Program-made: the position numbers and the translations under genes
Assembly: GCA_050575255.1 (NCBI GenBank)
Contig: JBNZDD010013603.1
Coordinates: forward strand, 110,460 to 174,459
DNA: 64,000 nt
Direction: 5' to 3'
Source: Harriotta raleighana
Taxonomy: Eukaryota
Part shown: positions 35,205 through 50,100 of the stretch, piece by piece
Numbering within the stretch: position 1 is the first letter of the stretch
Layout of the letters: every line of letters starts with the position of its first letter
The notes under the pieces: generated by a model
What the model was told of the DNA's origin: nothing
Database searches by the model: none
What the model saw: only the letters and a program-made list of their open reading frames with translations

Positions 35205-38200
35205 TTTAGCAGAATCTTCCCTTTGGTATTCAAGTCAGTTCCAGTAATCTGGGGAAAGAGAAAATACAAATGATCTCTTTACCTTAGCATTCCAAAATTA
35301 ATTTTAAACTCGCCCTATATCCCAATTGACTCTGAGTCTTGCAAACTATTCAGAATTGAATGCAAAGCTGCTTACCTAAATTCAAATGGAAAGGCTGTTC
35401 ATTTCATTGTTGACTAAGGGATTTTTATTGATACAGACTGTGTTCCTACATTTGTCAGTGTAATATACACTTTCATTATATTGATAATTTGCAAAACTGA
35501 GACTTTCTTACATGAAAAGCACGTTATAAATAGTAATATTCCTTGCATTTGAAATACTGTTGTACCTTTTCATGTTGAAATATCCCCAAATACTTTTGAG
35601 TTATTCTTCGTTTCAGCGCCTTGGGACGTCTGTCCATCCCATGTGAAGGGTACATGGAACCCCAGTTTCAAAGCTCATCTAAAGATGGGAATCACTCTGC
35701 ATTCCAATGGCAGCCTTGACCGTGTGCTTAAAGTCCTGACATAGGGCTTGAACCCACACACAATAACAGCAAAATTACATTTGTATAGCACCATTCATAT
35801 CAGGAGGACATCCCAAAGTGCTGACATAGTATGGGGAACCCGAGCTGGAAGTTGGAATTGGGGAAGGTGAAGGGTGGCTGAGTGCCGTATGTGGGGGTTG
35901 GAGGAGAGTAAGTTGATCGCAAAGTTTGGACTACAGCAAGAATTTTATGTGGAACGGTATCAGGGGATTTCTGTGCTGAGACAATGCCCCAATCCAAACA
36001 GCAAAATATATAGTAGCATATTGATCAATCAGGTTGGGGTCCAGAGAAGACAGCTTTACACATTTCATTGGATCCGAATGAGTCTATGAATGAAATTCCT
36101 TCTGATATTCATTTACTATGGTTACAGAGTGCATTCAAGGGTTTGAAATGTTTGACTATGATCTCCTATACTCAAAACAGTATGGTAAAACACCCCAGGG
36201 ATATTTGTCCAATAGGAGAATGGGCACTTAAGATCTTAAGATACTGATAAACTCCCGGTATCTCTCTTTGGCTCCCACCCAAGGAGATTAGCACTTTAAA
36301 ATTGTATTGACTTGTTTTTGGTCAGCAGAGCATCCGCACTCCAAATCTTTCTCATGAGCCAATGGAGCCCTGCAATCCGTCTGCCTCAGGAACTAGATGA
36401 ACACGACAAAGGGTTGACTAGTTTCCGACACTCCTTTGCAAGCAAGGCACCTTGGAGCCATTTGAGTTCCAAGAAAACTCCACTTACCTTTCCTTTAACC
36501 CCCCTACCACCTCCCCAGGAAGTATTGTACTGTCCACATCTCCAAAACTGCTATTCCAGAACTAGAATCGGGAGGTTATCCAGCATCCATTTTTTGTTCA
36601 TCTCTTCCACCCACCCCATAGTAGTCCAGTAGGTATGGGTACAACACAGGTATTTTCCTTCCACTGGAGTTGAATCCCAAGGCACCTCACCCAGGTGGTC
36701 ATTAGTTGTGTGCCTCAACAGCATGTGTTAACAGGGTATTCAACAATGTGGATTAGAGAAATAGGATGGAGAGAAAAAGGCAACAAGGAGAGCTAGATAT
36801 TGAGCAGGAATCCTGGTTGCCTTTTCCCTCCTAAACCTAAGAACGAGTAAATCTGTACTCCCTCATTTCTTAGCCCAGATGAGATCATCTTGTCAGCAGA
36901 TTTTCAAATAAAGCTCATGCAATATATTGTTAAACTGTAAGGCAGCATGAGTTTTTATTAGGGAGGAACATTTGGCAGCCCACCAAGAAAATTCCCTGCT
37001 GCTCTTCAAATAACCTAAACCAACAGGCAGTTGGGACCTAAGTTCAATTTCTCAGTTGAAGGACCAGCATTGGCGACAAGACAATGCTCCAGAGTGCTTC
37101 ACAGAAGAGTCACCAATAAGCATCAGTTGTATAACTCCTTTTACTCAGTATGAACATCTTGGATTAGACAAGACATTCATGTGGTTGTGTGTGAAGGAGG
37201 TGATGGGGAGGAGTAATGGAAATCCCTTCTAATTTTAAATCTACAACCATTGCTTCAGAGGTGAGATTACTAAAAATGCAATTGCAGGCAGAGTGAAATC
37301 TTGTGCAAGTTTCTGTAATCCACACGCCTAATAATAATCCCTCAAGAAAACAATAAATTGGTAATTTCAAGCCACAACTGTTTGTGGAACACTGTTTCAG
37401 CGCCTGGGGACATCCTCCTGATATGAAAGGTGCTCTATAAATGTCATTTTGTTGTTGTTGTGCACAATTGACTGCTGCATTTCCCTATATATTCAGTCAA
37501 TTGACTTTACAGTATATTCTGTGATGCACTTTGAGACGTTTAGAGGACATGAAATGCAGTATATCAAATGCAAGGATTATTATTATTAAACTGAGCCAAG
37601 TCACCACCCCATGTTATCTGATACAATACAGTACTGTATTATATAAAAGGCCATGCAGTTAATTTATTTCTACCCCTACAGGAACACAAAAATATTCAAT
37701 GTCATCTAAGGTTTCAGTTTGAAAAAGAATAAGTACTGTACTCAAATCCAAGCAGACCAATGGGCTTTGTCCAATAGCGACTTTGTGAACCAATCTCGAA
37801 ATTTAAACTAAGTCACACCCAGCCCAGGAATTCTTCAGCTGTTTGAGAGGTGAGACCTGATTAACTCTAGGCCCCACGGGGGAAAACTAGCAAATTGTTT
37901 TTCTTCAGTTGCAATGGAAAGTGGTGCACACAGAGTTCACATTCCCTAAATACAAGACAATCAATCTGTTTCAGAAGGAAACAAAATGTTCGCTTTCTTC
38001 CCACCACTGCTCTGAAATGAGCTATCTGCTGGATTTCACATCCAAATAACATTTGACTCCACTACAGCACAACCCAATTTAGGCTTCTGGTGTAACTTGA
38101 CAGTTTAGTATTTGCACATAAATGCTCATCAACTTCAGAGTGCACTGCTCTGCACTTTTGACTTGGGTTTATTGCTGGCGGTAAATGCATTTATTTTTAT

Positions 38201-38399
38201 CTCATAAACACAGACATTTGAGAACAACCTTCCTCTTTTGAAACAAAAAATCATTAATTTAACAGAAGGAATCAATCTGAAGAAGACTGGACCCTCTGAA
38301 TGGGTTTGGGGTGTCACAGACACTCGGCTGAGCAGAATAAAAGTGGAGTGGGCACAGAAGTGAACACCGAACAGGGGAACAAAAACTTTGAAAAGGATA

Positions 38400-38900
38400 A
38401 CAGCGAGAGATGTCCACGGTGATCAGAGAGAGGGGGCGAGGGGAGAGGGGGCGGAAGGGCAAGGGAGACTCGCTCCAGGGCGGCTGGAGCTCAGCTCGGC
38501 CATGGACGGCGGACTGAAGGGAACAGAGCCCGAGGGGCACCGGAGGCCTCTGGAAAGAATCGGTACCTACAGAGCCAGTGAGCCGGCCTCCCTCCCTCCC
38601 TCCCTCGAGGCTGAGTTGGGGAACCAGGCGACCGAGGTGTGTGTGACCCATACCAGGGGGAGCTGAGGAAACCGAGAGCCGCGGCGGGTCTGACCTGGGT
38701 GGGGCCGAGCCTGTGACTGCTGCCGAGCACAGCTCTCTCCCTCCTGTCACCAGGCCTGTGAGTGCTGCCGAGCACAGCTCTCTCCCTCCTGTCACCGCCG
38801 CTTCTTCAGGCGATTCTCGCGCACCAACTGCCACTTCCACAGTTTAAATTCCGGCGCGCTTTACTGCGCATGTCAGCTGAGGAGCGTACGACTGAGCCAA
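38400..38900 (-). promoter_or_regulatory. CpG-rich promoter / probable non-coding exon 1 of the anillin gene with CDE/CHR- and NRF1-like elements
   Basis: GC/CpG-rich island; on - strand CGCGCC-GGAA-TTTAAA (38858-38843); TGCGCATG at 38865-38872; GGGGCGG GC box near 38447. Confidence 0.75.
38709..38796 (+). repeat. 45-bp tandem duplication in the anillin 5' leader
   Basis: GCCTGTGA[C/G]TGCTGCCGAGCACAGCTCTCTCCCTCCTGTCACC twice. Confidence 0.9.
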
Positions 38901-41900
38901 GATGGGTGTCTCTCTCTCTCTCTCTGCTTCACCCGTGGAGGACCAGTGAACGCTTTGTTTTGATGAGGGGAAGCTCACAGGATCATAAAGGAAACAAGCA
39001 TGAAATGTATTTCCCCTTGTTTAAAAGTATTTTCTCTCTCTTTCTGCTAATATCACTTGCATTTGATATGGCACTTTTCACGTCTTCTAAACATCTCAAA
39101 ACGTTTCACATAATATACAGTAAAGTGAATTGACTGTATATTTGTGGGTGAACTGTGGCAGCCAATTGCACACAACAGTGTCTCATAAACAGTCGTGGAT
39201 TGAAATGACCACTTTTTTGTATTGAGGGATTATTATCCGGCAGGTGGATTAAGGTAACTTGCCCAAGGTTTCACACTGCCAAGAACTGAACCCAGGTCTC
39301 CCATTGGTGCTGTTGAGCTTGCTTCTCACCAATCTATTGTACCTCTTGCTCTTACTCAGTCTAGTGGGTGAGTAGATAGACTAGAGTCAGGTCTAGCCAA
39401 TCCTATTCTGATGACCAGATGCTTGGGATTGCCAAATTTCAACTGAGCGTCTCCAGAAGGTTTAGTGGGTACAGTAGCACAGGCAATGTCCACCCTTCTC
39501 ACAACATGTCCAAGGGTCATTCCTTCATGTGTAAAGTGTGAATGCTGAGTGTCAGCAGTCTACGGATACCATGGGCAGGCATCACTGTCAAACCATATAT
39601 TGTCCTTGCCTGACATTCACGCACACATACTTTCTATAAGGAGTGAGTGGACAGCAATCGGGATCTATTTGCTGTTTGTTATCCCCCTCATTCTATAATA
39701 CAGGGAGTAATGAAGTCAACAAAGAAGTCAAGCAGAGTTTACACAAATCAGTCAGTACTTTGAGTAATTATGAAGATCACCATAATGGGAAGAGGTTCAG
39801 TTGAATGCTCGACTGATACAGATCAAACCACATTACAATCATCTCCATCATTCTATCAAAGAGTTTATTCAGAAGCTGATTTTGATTTTGTATCAGGCAG
39901 CTGAGAGAAAACACGAGGAGCAGTCTTACATGATGCAAAGTGGCATCAGCTCAGGGATTGTGCACTTATTCAAATAATTCACACAGGACCACTTGCGAGA
40001 CCCCATTCAAACAAGTAATGATTATACATACAGTCCAAGGCAAAACTGATTATGAGTCAATGGTCTTAAGCCTAAAACCATGAGCCTCAGAGCTCAATTC
40101 AGGAGGCACAATTTTGCCACATATCAAGAACTACATTCAGGAATGAATGTAATTCTAATACAGTCTAATAGAGAGAAATTAATAGTTTAGAATTATTTAC
40201 ACGCAGGGGATGCCTGCAAGATTAAAGATTGGGAAAGAAGATGAGACAAATCAAGCAGAGTGAGAGGATAACGACAAGTGTGGGATTTTAAGTGAGTCGG
40301 AGGAAATAAATTCAGAATTGGTTGGTTAGCAGTCAGTGCAATAAGTCTCAATTGAGTTATAATATCCAACCCAATCCACTCATCACAATGAGGATACAAG
40401 GCTAAGGATTGGTGGATAGAGTTATAACTATAATGTTATTTATGAAATACAGAAACATAAGAAAGGTTGCAATGGCTGAAATGAGGTCACAAAAGTGTTT
40501 ATTACCAGTCTGAGGACCTCATTGTTCTGAAATTTTACTGTGCCACCGAATACTACTTGGAGAGGCAAAAACAGGGTGTCTCACTTTGCTGAAAAGGTTA
40601 ACCCAACCTCTGTCAACGGTTGTTTGTATGCAGAATAAGCAATGAGGAGAGAGCGATTGATCTATCAATGACGTGAAATTGGGAGAGGCAACAACATGAG
40701 ACATTCCCATAGCTTCCATCCTCATCGAGCCTCACGACACAGGAGCACGGTAATGCTCAGACTAACAAGGTTCTAGCAGTAAAGCTTCTCCACTATGTGC
40801 TCAGAACATCAATGTAATTCCTGTTTGTTTATTCCTCAATGGTATCAAAAGAGACAGTTATGCAATTCACTGTAAGAATGTTGAAAACCCTGCATTGAAT
40901 GTCCTCAGGTTGTATACGTACGTCCTCAGGAGGTATTTACAGGGTGAAACAGGCCTGAAAGCATCTCCTATTAGGAACACATAGGCAGGGTGAAACCTTG
41001 AGCAAGTTTCCTTATGCCACACGCCTAATAATAATCCCTCAAGAAAACTATAATAAATTCATCATTTCAATCCACGACTGTTTTTGGGCCACTGCTGAGC
41101 ACAATTGGCTGCGTTTCGCCCACAAATATACAGTCAATTCACTTTACAGTATATTTTGTGAAGCACTTTGAGACATCTAGAAGATGTGAAAAGTGTTATA
41201 TCAAATGCAAGGATTATTATTATCATTATTATTATACTAACCCATGTGCTGAAGGTCAATCAATTCTGGCCAGCAGCATATGGAAACACTACACCCTCTC
41301 TCTATGGATATCTCTCAGTCGCCTCACAAACCACTGGAGGACACAAGATGCAGTCTCATCAATCTCAAGCTACAAGCAATTTTCTATGTACTCTGCTGCA
41401 CAGCAGTTATACATTAACCAGCAGCTTGTTTTTCTATCCTAATGTAAAGGCATCTGGGTACCTTTGCTTTGCAAACTCCCAGCTGGGAGTATAATAATGC
41501 TTTTATGCTGATGTCATTGTGTTGGCTTTTGCAACCTGGTCTTGAATGACACTGGATATGATGTGATTGTGATGGATTGCTTGGGGAGGGCTCCGCACAG
41601 TTGGAATTGATTTGGGGTCAAATTAGACCATGACTGGTGAAACAGAAGCCCGATTGCTTTATGAATGCCATTATGAATGCTTTATGAATGCAAGATTAGA
41701 TTACAATCTTCACATAACTATTTCCTGTTAGTTTAGGGAATTTTAGCGCTTAAAATGTGATTTACGGAGCTGTGTGAGCAGGGGTCCAGAGTGCATGCAC
41801 GAGCAAGGCTTCTGGATTATAGTCTTCAACTGCTGGTTAGCAACATACAGGAAAAAAAACTGACCGTGAATTGACTATATTTTGTGAGTTAAACCCAGCA

Positions 41901-43500
41901 GCCGAATGCACACAGCAGTGTCCTGCGAACAATCACAATTGAGTGACCACTTTTTTTTCTTTGAGGGATTATTACAAGCGCAAAGCAATCCACCAATCAA
42001 CTAACAACCAGGTTCCTGGTGATACAAGATATACTGTGAGCAAAGGTCTTTGTATTCCTGGGAGAGTTCCAGCGTCTTACTCAGTAAGACTGCAGACTGT
42101 TTATTGAATTGGGACTGAGGAATAAGTTACTGTATATTCTGAAGATGGCTTGCACAGCTGATTGGATTTTAAAAAATAATTCATAATAATTTGGTCACTC
42201 AAACCATGACTGTTTGTGGGACAGTACTGTAAAGCAATTGATTGCATTGATTCACCCACAAAATACACAGTCTTCACAGTATATTCTTTATAGTATATAA
42301 TTTACAGTATATTCTGTGAACTGCTTTGAGACATGATAAGGTGCTATAACATATGCAAGGATTATTATTCTTACTATTGTTAATAATAATCCTTGCATTT
42401 GATATACCGCTTTTCACATCTTATCGACGTCCCAAAAGCGCTTTATAGAATATACTATAAAGTGAATTACTGTATATATGTGGGTGGAATGCGGCAGCCT
42501 ATTGCGCACAGCAGAGTCCCACAAACAGTCATGCATTGAAATGACCAATTTTATTATTGTGTTTTTTTTTGGAGGGATTATTATTAGGTGTGTGGAGAAG
42601 GAAACTTGCCCAAGGTTTTGCCCTGATCTGCCTGGATTCAAACACAGGTCTCACACTTGTAAGGAGAGTGCTCTAACCACTGAGCCACAGGAGCTCCTCA
42701 TTATTCTTCTTATTACTGTATTATTATTACACTGCGTCCATGACTTCTGGTACAGAAAGTTCTGTCAAACGCTCCAAGACACTACCCCGCATGAAGGGCA
42801 CTGTATAAAAATGCAAGTTGTTGTTGTTGTTATTCTGCTCAGTGTCACTGGGAAATGAGATTGAACACTAATTGGACTGAATACTGAGGCGAGATTGTAT
42901 TGTTCAGCTGGTGGGACAGCAGCCGTGAAATATGATTCTTCCCTCAGTCCGTTCCAACCCAACCGTGATATGAAACCGAGCAGCTGTTACCAGCTCCTAA
43001 CAAATGCTAAGCATTACCAAGACAACCAGAGCAAAATCTGCCATGCCATCACCACACCAGGACAAATATGCACCTAATAGTCTTTTTATTAACTTTTCTC
43101 CCTTGTCCCTGTCAGCTTGGCTTTGTGTTGGTCACCCTGGTGTCTGATAAATGCAGAAACTCATCAGGACTTTGAAGAGAATCCAAATAGTGTAACCCCC
43201 ACCATAGCCATAGGAACCAGCCAGACTAGTTGGTAGAGAGAAACTTAGGAGTAAAAGCAATTGAATGTACACAATGTGTGAATATTCTCACAAAGATTTG
43301 TGAGTGTAGAACACATACACATTCTCATACCCCTGAGGAAATATTCATGCTAACTCAGAAAGCCATAGATACAGAATTACTTTCAATTTTAACATAGCTC
43401 CTACAATCATCGGTGTAGCTGGGACAGTTAATAAGACGACAAGTCAGAAATGGATTGAAATGGTGAGCAAATTATCAACCCAACATCCAACAAATTACAT

Positions 43501-43820
43501 GGAGTCCTGTAGCTCAGTGGTTAGAGCACTCACCTTACAAGCGTGAGATCTGTGTTCGAATCCAGGAAAGTCAGTGCGAAACCTTGGGCAAGTTTCCTTA
43601 CTCCACACACCTAATAATAATCCCTCCAAAAAAACACAATAATAAAATTGGTCATATTCAATCGATGACCGTGTGTTGTACAATCGGCAATTGGCTGCCG
43701 CATTTTTCCCACAAATATACAGTCAATTCACTTTACAGTACATTCTATGAAGCGCTTTGAGACGTCTAGAAGCCGTAAAAAACACTATATCAAACGCAAA
43801 GGTTCTCATTATTATTATTA
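43501..43820 (+). mobile_element. tRNA-headed Deu-core SINE (full length; duplicate at ~47091-47410)
   Basis: GGAGTCCTGTAGCTCAGTGGTTAGAGC...GTTCGAATCC head, core, tail. Confidence 0.9.
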
Positions 43821-43829
43821 CCATTGTAA

Positions 43830-44155
43830 AACTGCTTTCACATCAGGAGGATGTCCCAAGGGGCTGGACAGTCAGAGATCCACACCCGATGTGGAGATTG
43901 GGATCAGAAAGGGTAGAGGGCGAGGAGGCATGGTCGAAGAAAAGCGAAGAGGAGCCTGTTGAGTGGAGGGAGTGGACAGTTTGAAAGGGGATTAGGAGGC
44001 CACAGAGGTGGGGAGGAATGAACCCGATGGAGGGAGTTGAAGGTGAGGACCAGGATCTTGACCTGTAGCCTCTGAGTGATGGGGAACCAGAGGAGCCTGG
44101 CGAGACTGGGGGTGATGGGGTCGCGGAAACGGGTGCGCAAGAGGGTATGGGCAGA
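43830..44155 (-). mobile_element. L2 fragment (duplicated at ~47420-47745)
   Basis: ITPSLARLLWFPITQR...KILVLTF motif. Confidence 0.75.
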
Positions 44156-47100
44156 GTTACACAGAGTGTAACAACATGATAATAATAATAATCCTTACAT
44201 TTGACATACTGTATTGTCTTTCACGTCTGGAGCATACAAAGCGTTTCACGGAATTGTACTGTGACGGCAGTGACTGGTGTCATTTTGGCATTCTCACCTG
44301 CTCAAAGAAGTTCTCTAGTTTAAATAAAACCTGACAGAATACAAAATGCCTGGTGATAGATTTNTTGAATGTCCTCAGGTTGTATACGTACGTCCTCAGG
44401 AGGTATTTACAGGGTGAAACAGGCCTGAAAGCATCTCCTATTAGGAACACATAGGCAGGGTGAAACCTTGAGCAAGTTTCCTTATGCCACACGCCTAATA
44501 ATAATCCCTCAAGAAAACTATAATAAATTCATCATTTCAATCCACGACTGCTTTTGGGCCACTGCTGAGCACAATTGGCTGCGTTTCGCCCACAAATATA
44601 CAGTCAATTCACTTTACAGTATATTTTGTGAAGCACTTTGAGACATCTAGAAGATGTGAAAAGTGTTATATCAAATGCAAGGATTATTATTATCATTATT
44701 ATTATACTAACCCATGTGCTGAAGGTCAATCAATTCTGGCCAGCAGCATATGGAAACACTACACCCTCTCTCTATGGATATCTCTCAGTCGCCTCACAAA
44801 CCACTGGAGGACACAAGAAGCAGTCTCATCAATCTCAAGATACAAGCAATTTTCTATGTACTCTGCTGCACAGCAGTTATACATTAACCAGCAGCTTGTT
44901 TTTCTATCCTAATGTAAAGGCATCTGGGTACCTTTGCTTTGCAAACTCCCAGCTGGGAGTATAATAATGCTTTTATGCTGATGTCATTGTGTTGGCTTTT
45001 GCAACCTGGTCTTGAATGACACTGGATATGATGTGATTGTGATGGATTGCTTGGGGAGGGCTCCGCACAGTTGGAATTGATTTGGGGTCAAATTAGACCA
45101 TGACTGGTGAAACAGAAGCCCGATTGCTTTATGAATGCCATTATGAATGCTTTATGAATGCAAGATTAGATTACAATCTTCACATAACTATTTCCTGTTA
45201 GTTTAGGGAATTTTAGCGCTTAAAATGTGATTTACGGAGCTGTGTGAGCAGGGGTCCAGAGTGCATGCACGAGCAAGGCTTCTGGATTATAGTCTTCAAC
45301 TGCTGGTTAGCAACATACAGGAAAAAAAACTGACCGTGAATTGACTATATTTTGTGAGTTAAACCCAGCAGCCGAATGCACACAGCAGTGACCTGCAAAC
45401 AATCACAATTGAGTGACCACTTTTTTTTCTTTGAGGGATTATTACAAGCGCAAAGCAATCCACCAATCAACTAACAACCAGGTTTCTGGTGATACAAGAT
45501 ATACTGTGAGCAAAGGTCTTTGTATTCCTGGGAGAGTTCCAGCGTCTTACTCAGTAAGACTGCAGACTGTTTATTGAATTGGGACTGAGGAATAAGTTAC
45601 TGTATATTCTGAAGATGGCTTGCACAGCTGATTGGATTTTAAAAAATAATTCATAATAATTTGGTCACTCAAACCATGACTGTTTGTGGGACAGTACTGT
45701 AAAGCAATTGATTGCATTGATTCACCCACAAAATACACAGTCTTCACAGTATATTCTTTATAGTATATAATTTACAGTATATTCTGTGAACTGCTTTGAG
45801 ACATGATAAGGTGCTATAACATATGCAAGGATTATTATTCTTACTATTGTTAATAATAATCCTTGCATTTGATATACCGCTTTTCACATCTTATCGACGT
45901 CCCAAAAGCGCTTTATAGAATATACTATAAAGTGAATTACTGTATATTTGTGGGTGGAATGCGGCAGCCAATTGCGCACAGCAGAGTCCCACAAACAGTC
46001 ATGCATTGAAATGACCAATTTTATTATTGTGGTTTTTTTTGGACGGATTATTATTAGGTGTGTGGAGAAGGAAACTTGCCCAAGGTTTTGCCCTGATCTG
46101 CCTGGATTCAAACACAGGTCTCACGCTTGTAAGGAGAGTGCTCTAACCACTGAGCCACAGGAGCTCCTCATTATTCTTCTTATTACTGTATTATTATTAC
46201 ACTGCGCCCATGACTTCTGGTACAGAAAGTTCTGTCAAACGCTCCAAGACACTACCCCGCATGAAGGGCACTGTATAAAAATGCAAGTTGTTGTTGTTGT
46301 TATTCTGCTCAGTGTCACTGGGAAATGAGATTGAACACTCATTGGACTGAATACTGAGGCGAGATTGTATTGTTCAGCTGGTGGGACAGCAGCCGTGAAA
46401 TATGATTCTTCCCTCAGTCCGTTCCAACCCAACCGTGATATGAAACCGAGCAGCTGTTACCAGCTCCTAACAAATGCTAAGCATTACCAAGACAACCAGA
46501 GCAAAATCTGCCATGCCATCACCACACCAGGACAAATATGCACCTAATAGTCTTTTTATTAACTTTTCTCCCTTGTCCCTGTCAGCTTGGCTTTGTGTTG
46601 GTCACCCTGGTGTCTGATAAATGCAGAAACTCATCAGGACTTTGAAGAGAATCCAAATAGTGTAACCCCCACCATAGCCATAGGAACCAGCCAGACTAGT
46701 TGGTAGAGAGAAACTTAGGAGTAAAAGCAATTGAATGTACACAATGTGTGAATATTCTCACAAAGATTTGTGAGTGTAGAACATATACACATTCTCATAC
46801 CCCTGAGGAAATATTCATGCTAACTCAGAAAGCCATAGATACAGAATTACTTTCAATTTTAACATAGCTCCTACAATCATCGGTGCAGCTGGGACAGTTA
46901 ATAAGACGACAAGTCAGAAATGGATTGAAATGGTGAGCAAATTATCAACCCACTAAAAAAGTAGCTGTATTAGGAAGCTCCAATGTACAGTACTATGAAA
47001 CGTAACATGTAATGCGGCAGTGTCGTTGGACTGACTGACCATTACTGAAAATACACGGAAATTACCTCTACAACATCCAACAAATTACATGGAGTCCTGT

Positions 47101-50100
47101 AGCTCAGTGGTTAGAGCACTCACCTTACAAGCGTGAGATCTGTGTTCGAATCCAGGCAAGTCAGTGCGAAACCTTGGGCAAGTTTCCTTACTCCACACGC
47201 CTAATAATAATCCCTCGAAAAAAACACAATAATAAAATTGGTCATATTCAATCGATGACTGTGTGTTGTACAATCGGCAATTGGCTGCCGCATTTTTCCC
47301 ACAAATATACAGTCAATTCACTTTACAGTACATTCTATGAAGCGCTTTGAGACGTCTAGAAGCCGTAAAAAACACTATATCAAACGCAAAGTTTCTCATT
47401 ATTATTATTACCATTGTAAAACTGCTTTCACATCAGGAGGATGTCCCAAGGGGCTGGACAGTCAGAGATCCACACCCGATGTGGAGATTGGGATCAGAAA
47501 GGGTAGAGGGCGAGGAGGCATGGTCGAAGAAAAGCGAAGAGGAGCCTGTTGAGTGGAGGGAGTGGACAGTTTGAAAGGGGATTAGGAGGCCACAGAGGTG
47601 GGGAGGAATGAACCCGATGGAGGGAGTTGAAGGTGAGGACCAGGATCTTGACCTGTAGCCTCTGAGTGATGGGGAACCAGAGGAGCCTGGCGAGACTGGG
47701 GGTGATGGGGTCGCGGAAACGGGTGCGCAAGAGGGTATGGGCAGAGTTACACAGAGTGTAACAACATGATAATAATAATAATCCTTACATTTGACATACT
47801 GTATTGTCTTTCACGTCTGGAGCATACAAAGCGTTTCACGGAATTGTACTGTGACGGCAGTGACTGGTGTCATTTTGGCATTCTCACCTGCTCAAAGAAG
47901 TTCTCTAGTTTAAATAAAACCTGACAGAATACAAAATGCCTGGTGATAGATTTGGGAGCGCATTGCCCCGAATTCCATCCCTCCTTTTAAAGTTGGACAC
48001 AGCTGCCTGCTGGATTGTCATTGCCAACCACAAACGTGCTGGCAGCACTCAGGGAGTGAGCGTCGCTCGGATCACATTCCTTGTGTGGCCTGGGAAGCAC
48101 CTGCTCTCAACAGCTGCACAGCGTGTCACATTGGCCTTCCTGCACGAGAGCATCAGTGCGAAAAGCATCAGATAATAAATTCACCATCGAATGGCTTCAA
48201 CCTTATTAAACAACAACAACTTGCACTGTATTGGGGACACTGCCATGCGCAATTGGCTGCTGCGTTTCGTCCATAAATATACAGTAAATTCAGCTTCAGG
48301 GTATATTCTATGAAGCACTTTGAGATGTCTAGAAGACATGAAAAGCGCTANTATTATACTAACCCATGTGCTGAAGGTCAATCAATTCTGGCCAGCAGCA
48401 TATGGAAACACTACACCCTCTCTCTATGGATATCTCTCAGTCGCCTCACAAACCACTGGAGGACACAAGAAGCAGTCTCATCAATCTCAAGATACAAGCA
48501 ATTTTCTATGTACTCTGCTGCACAGCAGTTATACATTAACCAGCAGCTTGTTTTTCTATCCTAATGTAAAGGCATCTGGGTACCTTTGCTTTGCAAACTC
48601 CCAGCTGGGAGTATAATAATGCTTTTATGCTGATGTCATTGTGTTGGCTTTTGCAACCTGGTCTTGAATGACACTGGATATGATGTGATTGTGATGGATT
48701 GCTTGGGGAGGGCTCCGCACAGTTGGAATTGATTTGGGGTCAAATTAGACCATGACTGGTGAAACAGAAGCCCGATTGCTTTATGAATGCCATTATGAAT
48801 GCTTTATGAATGCAAGATTAGATTACAATCTTCACATAACTATTTCCTGTTAGTTTAGGGAATTTTAGCGCTTAAAATGTGATTTACGGAGCTGTGTGAG
48901 CAGGGGTCCAGAGTGCATGCACGAGCAAGGCTTCTGGATTATAGTCTTCAACTGCTGGTTAGCAACATACAGGAAAAAAAACTGACCGTGAATTGACTAT
49001 ATTTTGTGAGTTAAACCCAGCAGCCGAATGCACACAGCAGTGACCTGCAAACAATCACAATTGAGTGACCACTTTTTTTTCTTTGAGGGATTATTACAAG
49101 CGCAAAGCAATCCACCAATCAACTAACAACCAGGTTTCTGGTGATACAAGATATACTGTGAGCAAAGGTCTTTGTATTCCTGGGAGAGTTCCAGCGTCTT
49201 ACTCAGTAAGACTGCAGACTGTTTATTGAATTGGGACTGAGGAATAAGTTACTGTATATTCTGAAGATGGCTTGCACAGCTGATTGGATTTTAAAAAATA
49301 ATTCATAATAATTTGGTCACTCAAACCATGACTGTTTGTGGGACAGTACTGTAAAGCAATTGATTGCATTGATTCACCCACAAAATACACAGTCTTCACA
49401 GTATATTCTTTAAAGTATATAATTTACAGTATATTCTGTGAACTGCTTTGAGACATGATAAGGTGCTATAACATATGCAAGGATTATTATTCTTACTATT
49501 GTTAATAATAATCCTTGCATTTGATATACCGCTTTTCACATCTTATCGACGTCCCAAAAGCGCTTTATAGAATATACTATAAAGTGAATTACTGTATATA
49601 TGTGGGTGGAATGCGGCAGCCTATTGCGCACAGCAGAGTCCCACAAACAGTCATGCATTGAAATGACCAATTTTATTATTGTGTTTTTTTTTGGAGGGAT
49701 TATTATTAGGTGTGTGGAGAAGGAAACTTGCCCAAGGTTTTGCCCTGATCTGCCTNNNNNNNNNNNNNNNNNNNNNNNNNNNNNNNNNNNNNNNNNNNNN
49801 NNNNNNNNNNNNNNNNNNNNNNNNNNNNNNNNNNNNNNNNNNNNNNNNNNNNNNNNNNNNNNNNNNNNNNNNNNNNNNNNNNNNNNNNNNNNNNNNNNNN
49901 NNNNNNNNNNNNNNNNNNNNNNNNNNNNNNNNNNNNNNNNNNNNNNNNNNNNNNNNNNNNNNNNNNNNNNNNNNNNNNNNNNNNNNNNNNNNNNNNNNNN
50001 NNNNNNNNNNNNNNNNNNNNNNNNNNNNNNNNNNNNNNNNNNNNNNNNNNNNNNNNNNNNNNNNNNNNNNNNNNNNNNNNNNNNNNNNNNNNNNNNNNNN

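Noticed and set aside
38259-38840. 193-aa ORF on -
   Set aside because: GC-rich promoter/5' UTR with a non-ATG start and a 45-bp duplication; no homology recognised
43501-43575. tRNA-like sequences (GGAGTCCTGTAGCTCAGTGGTTAGAGC...GTTCGAATCC), many copies
   Set aside because: Always continue into the Deu core and (TTA)n tail: SINE heads, not tRNA genes
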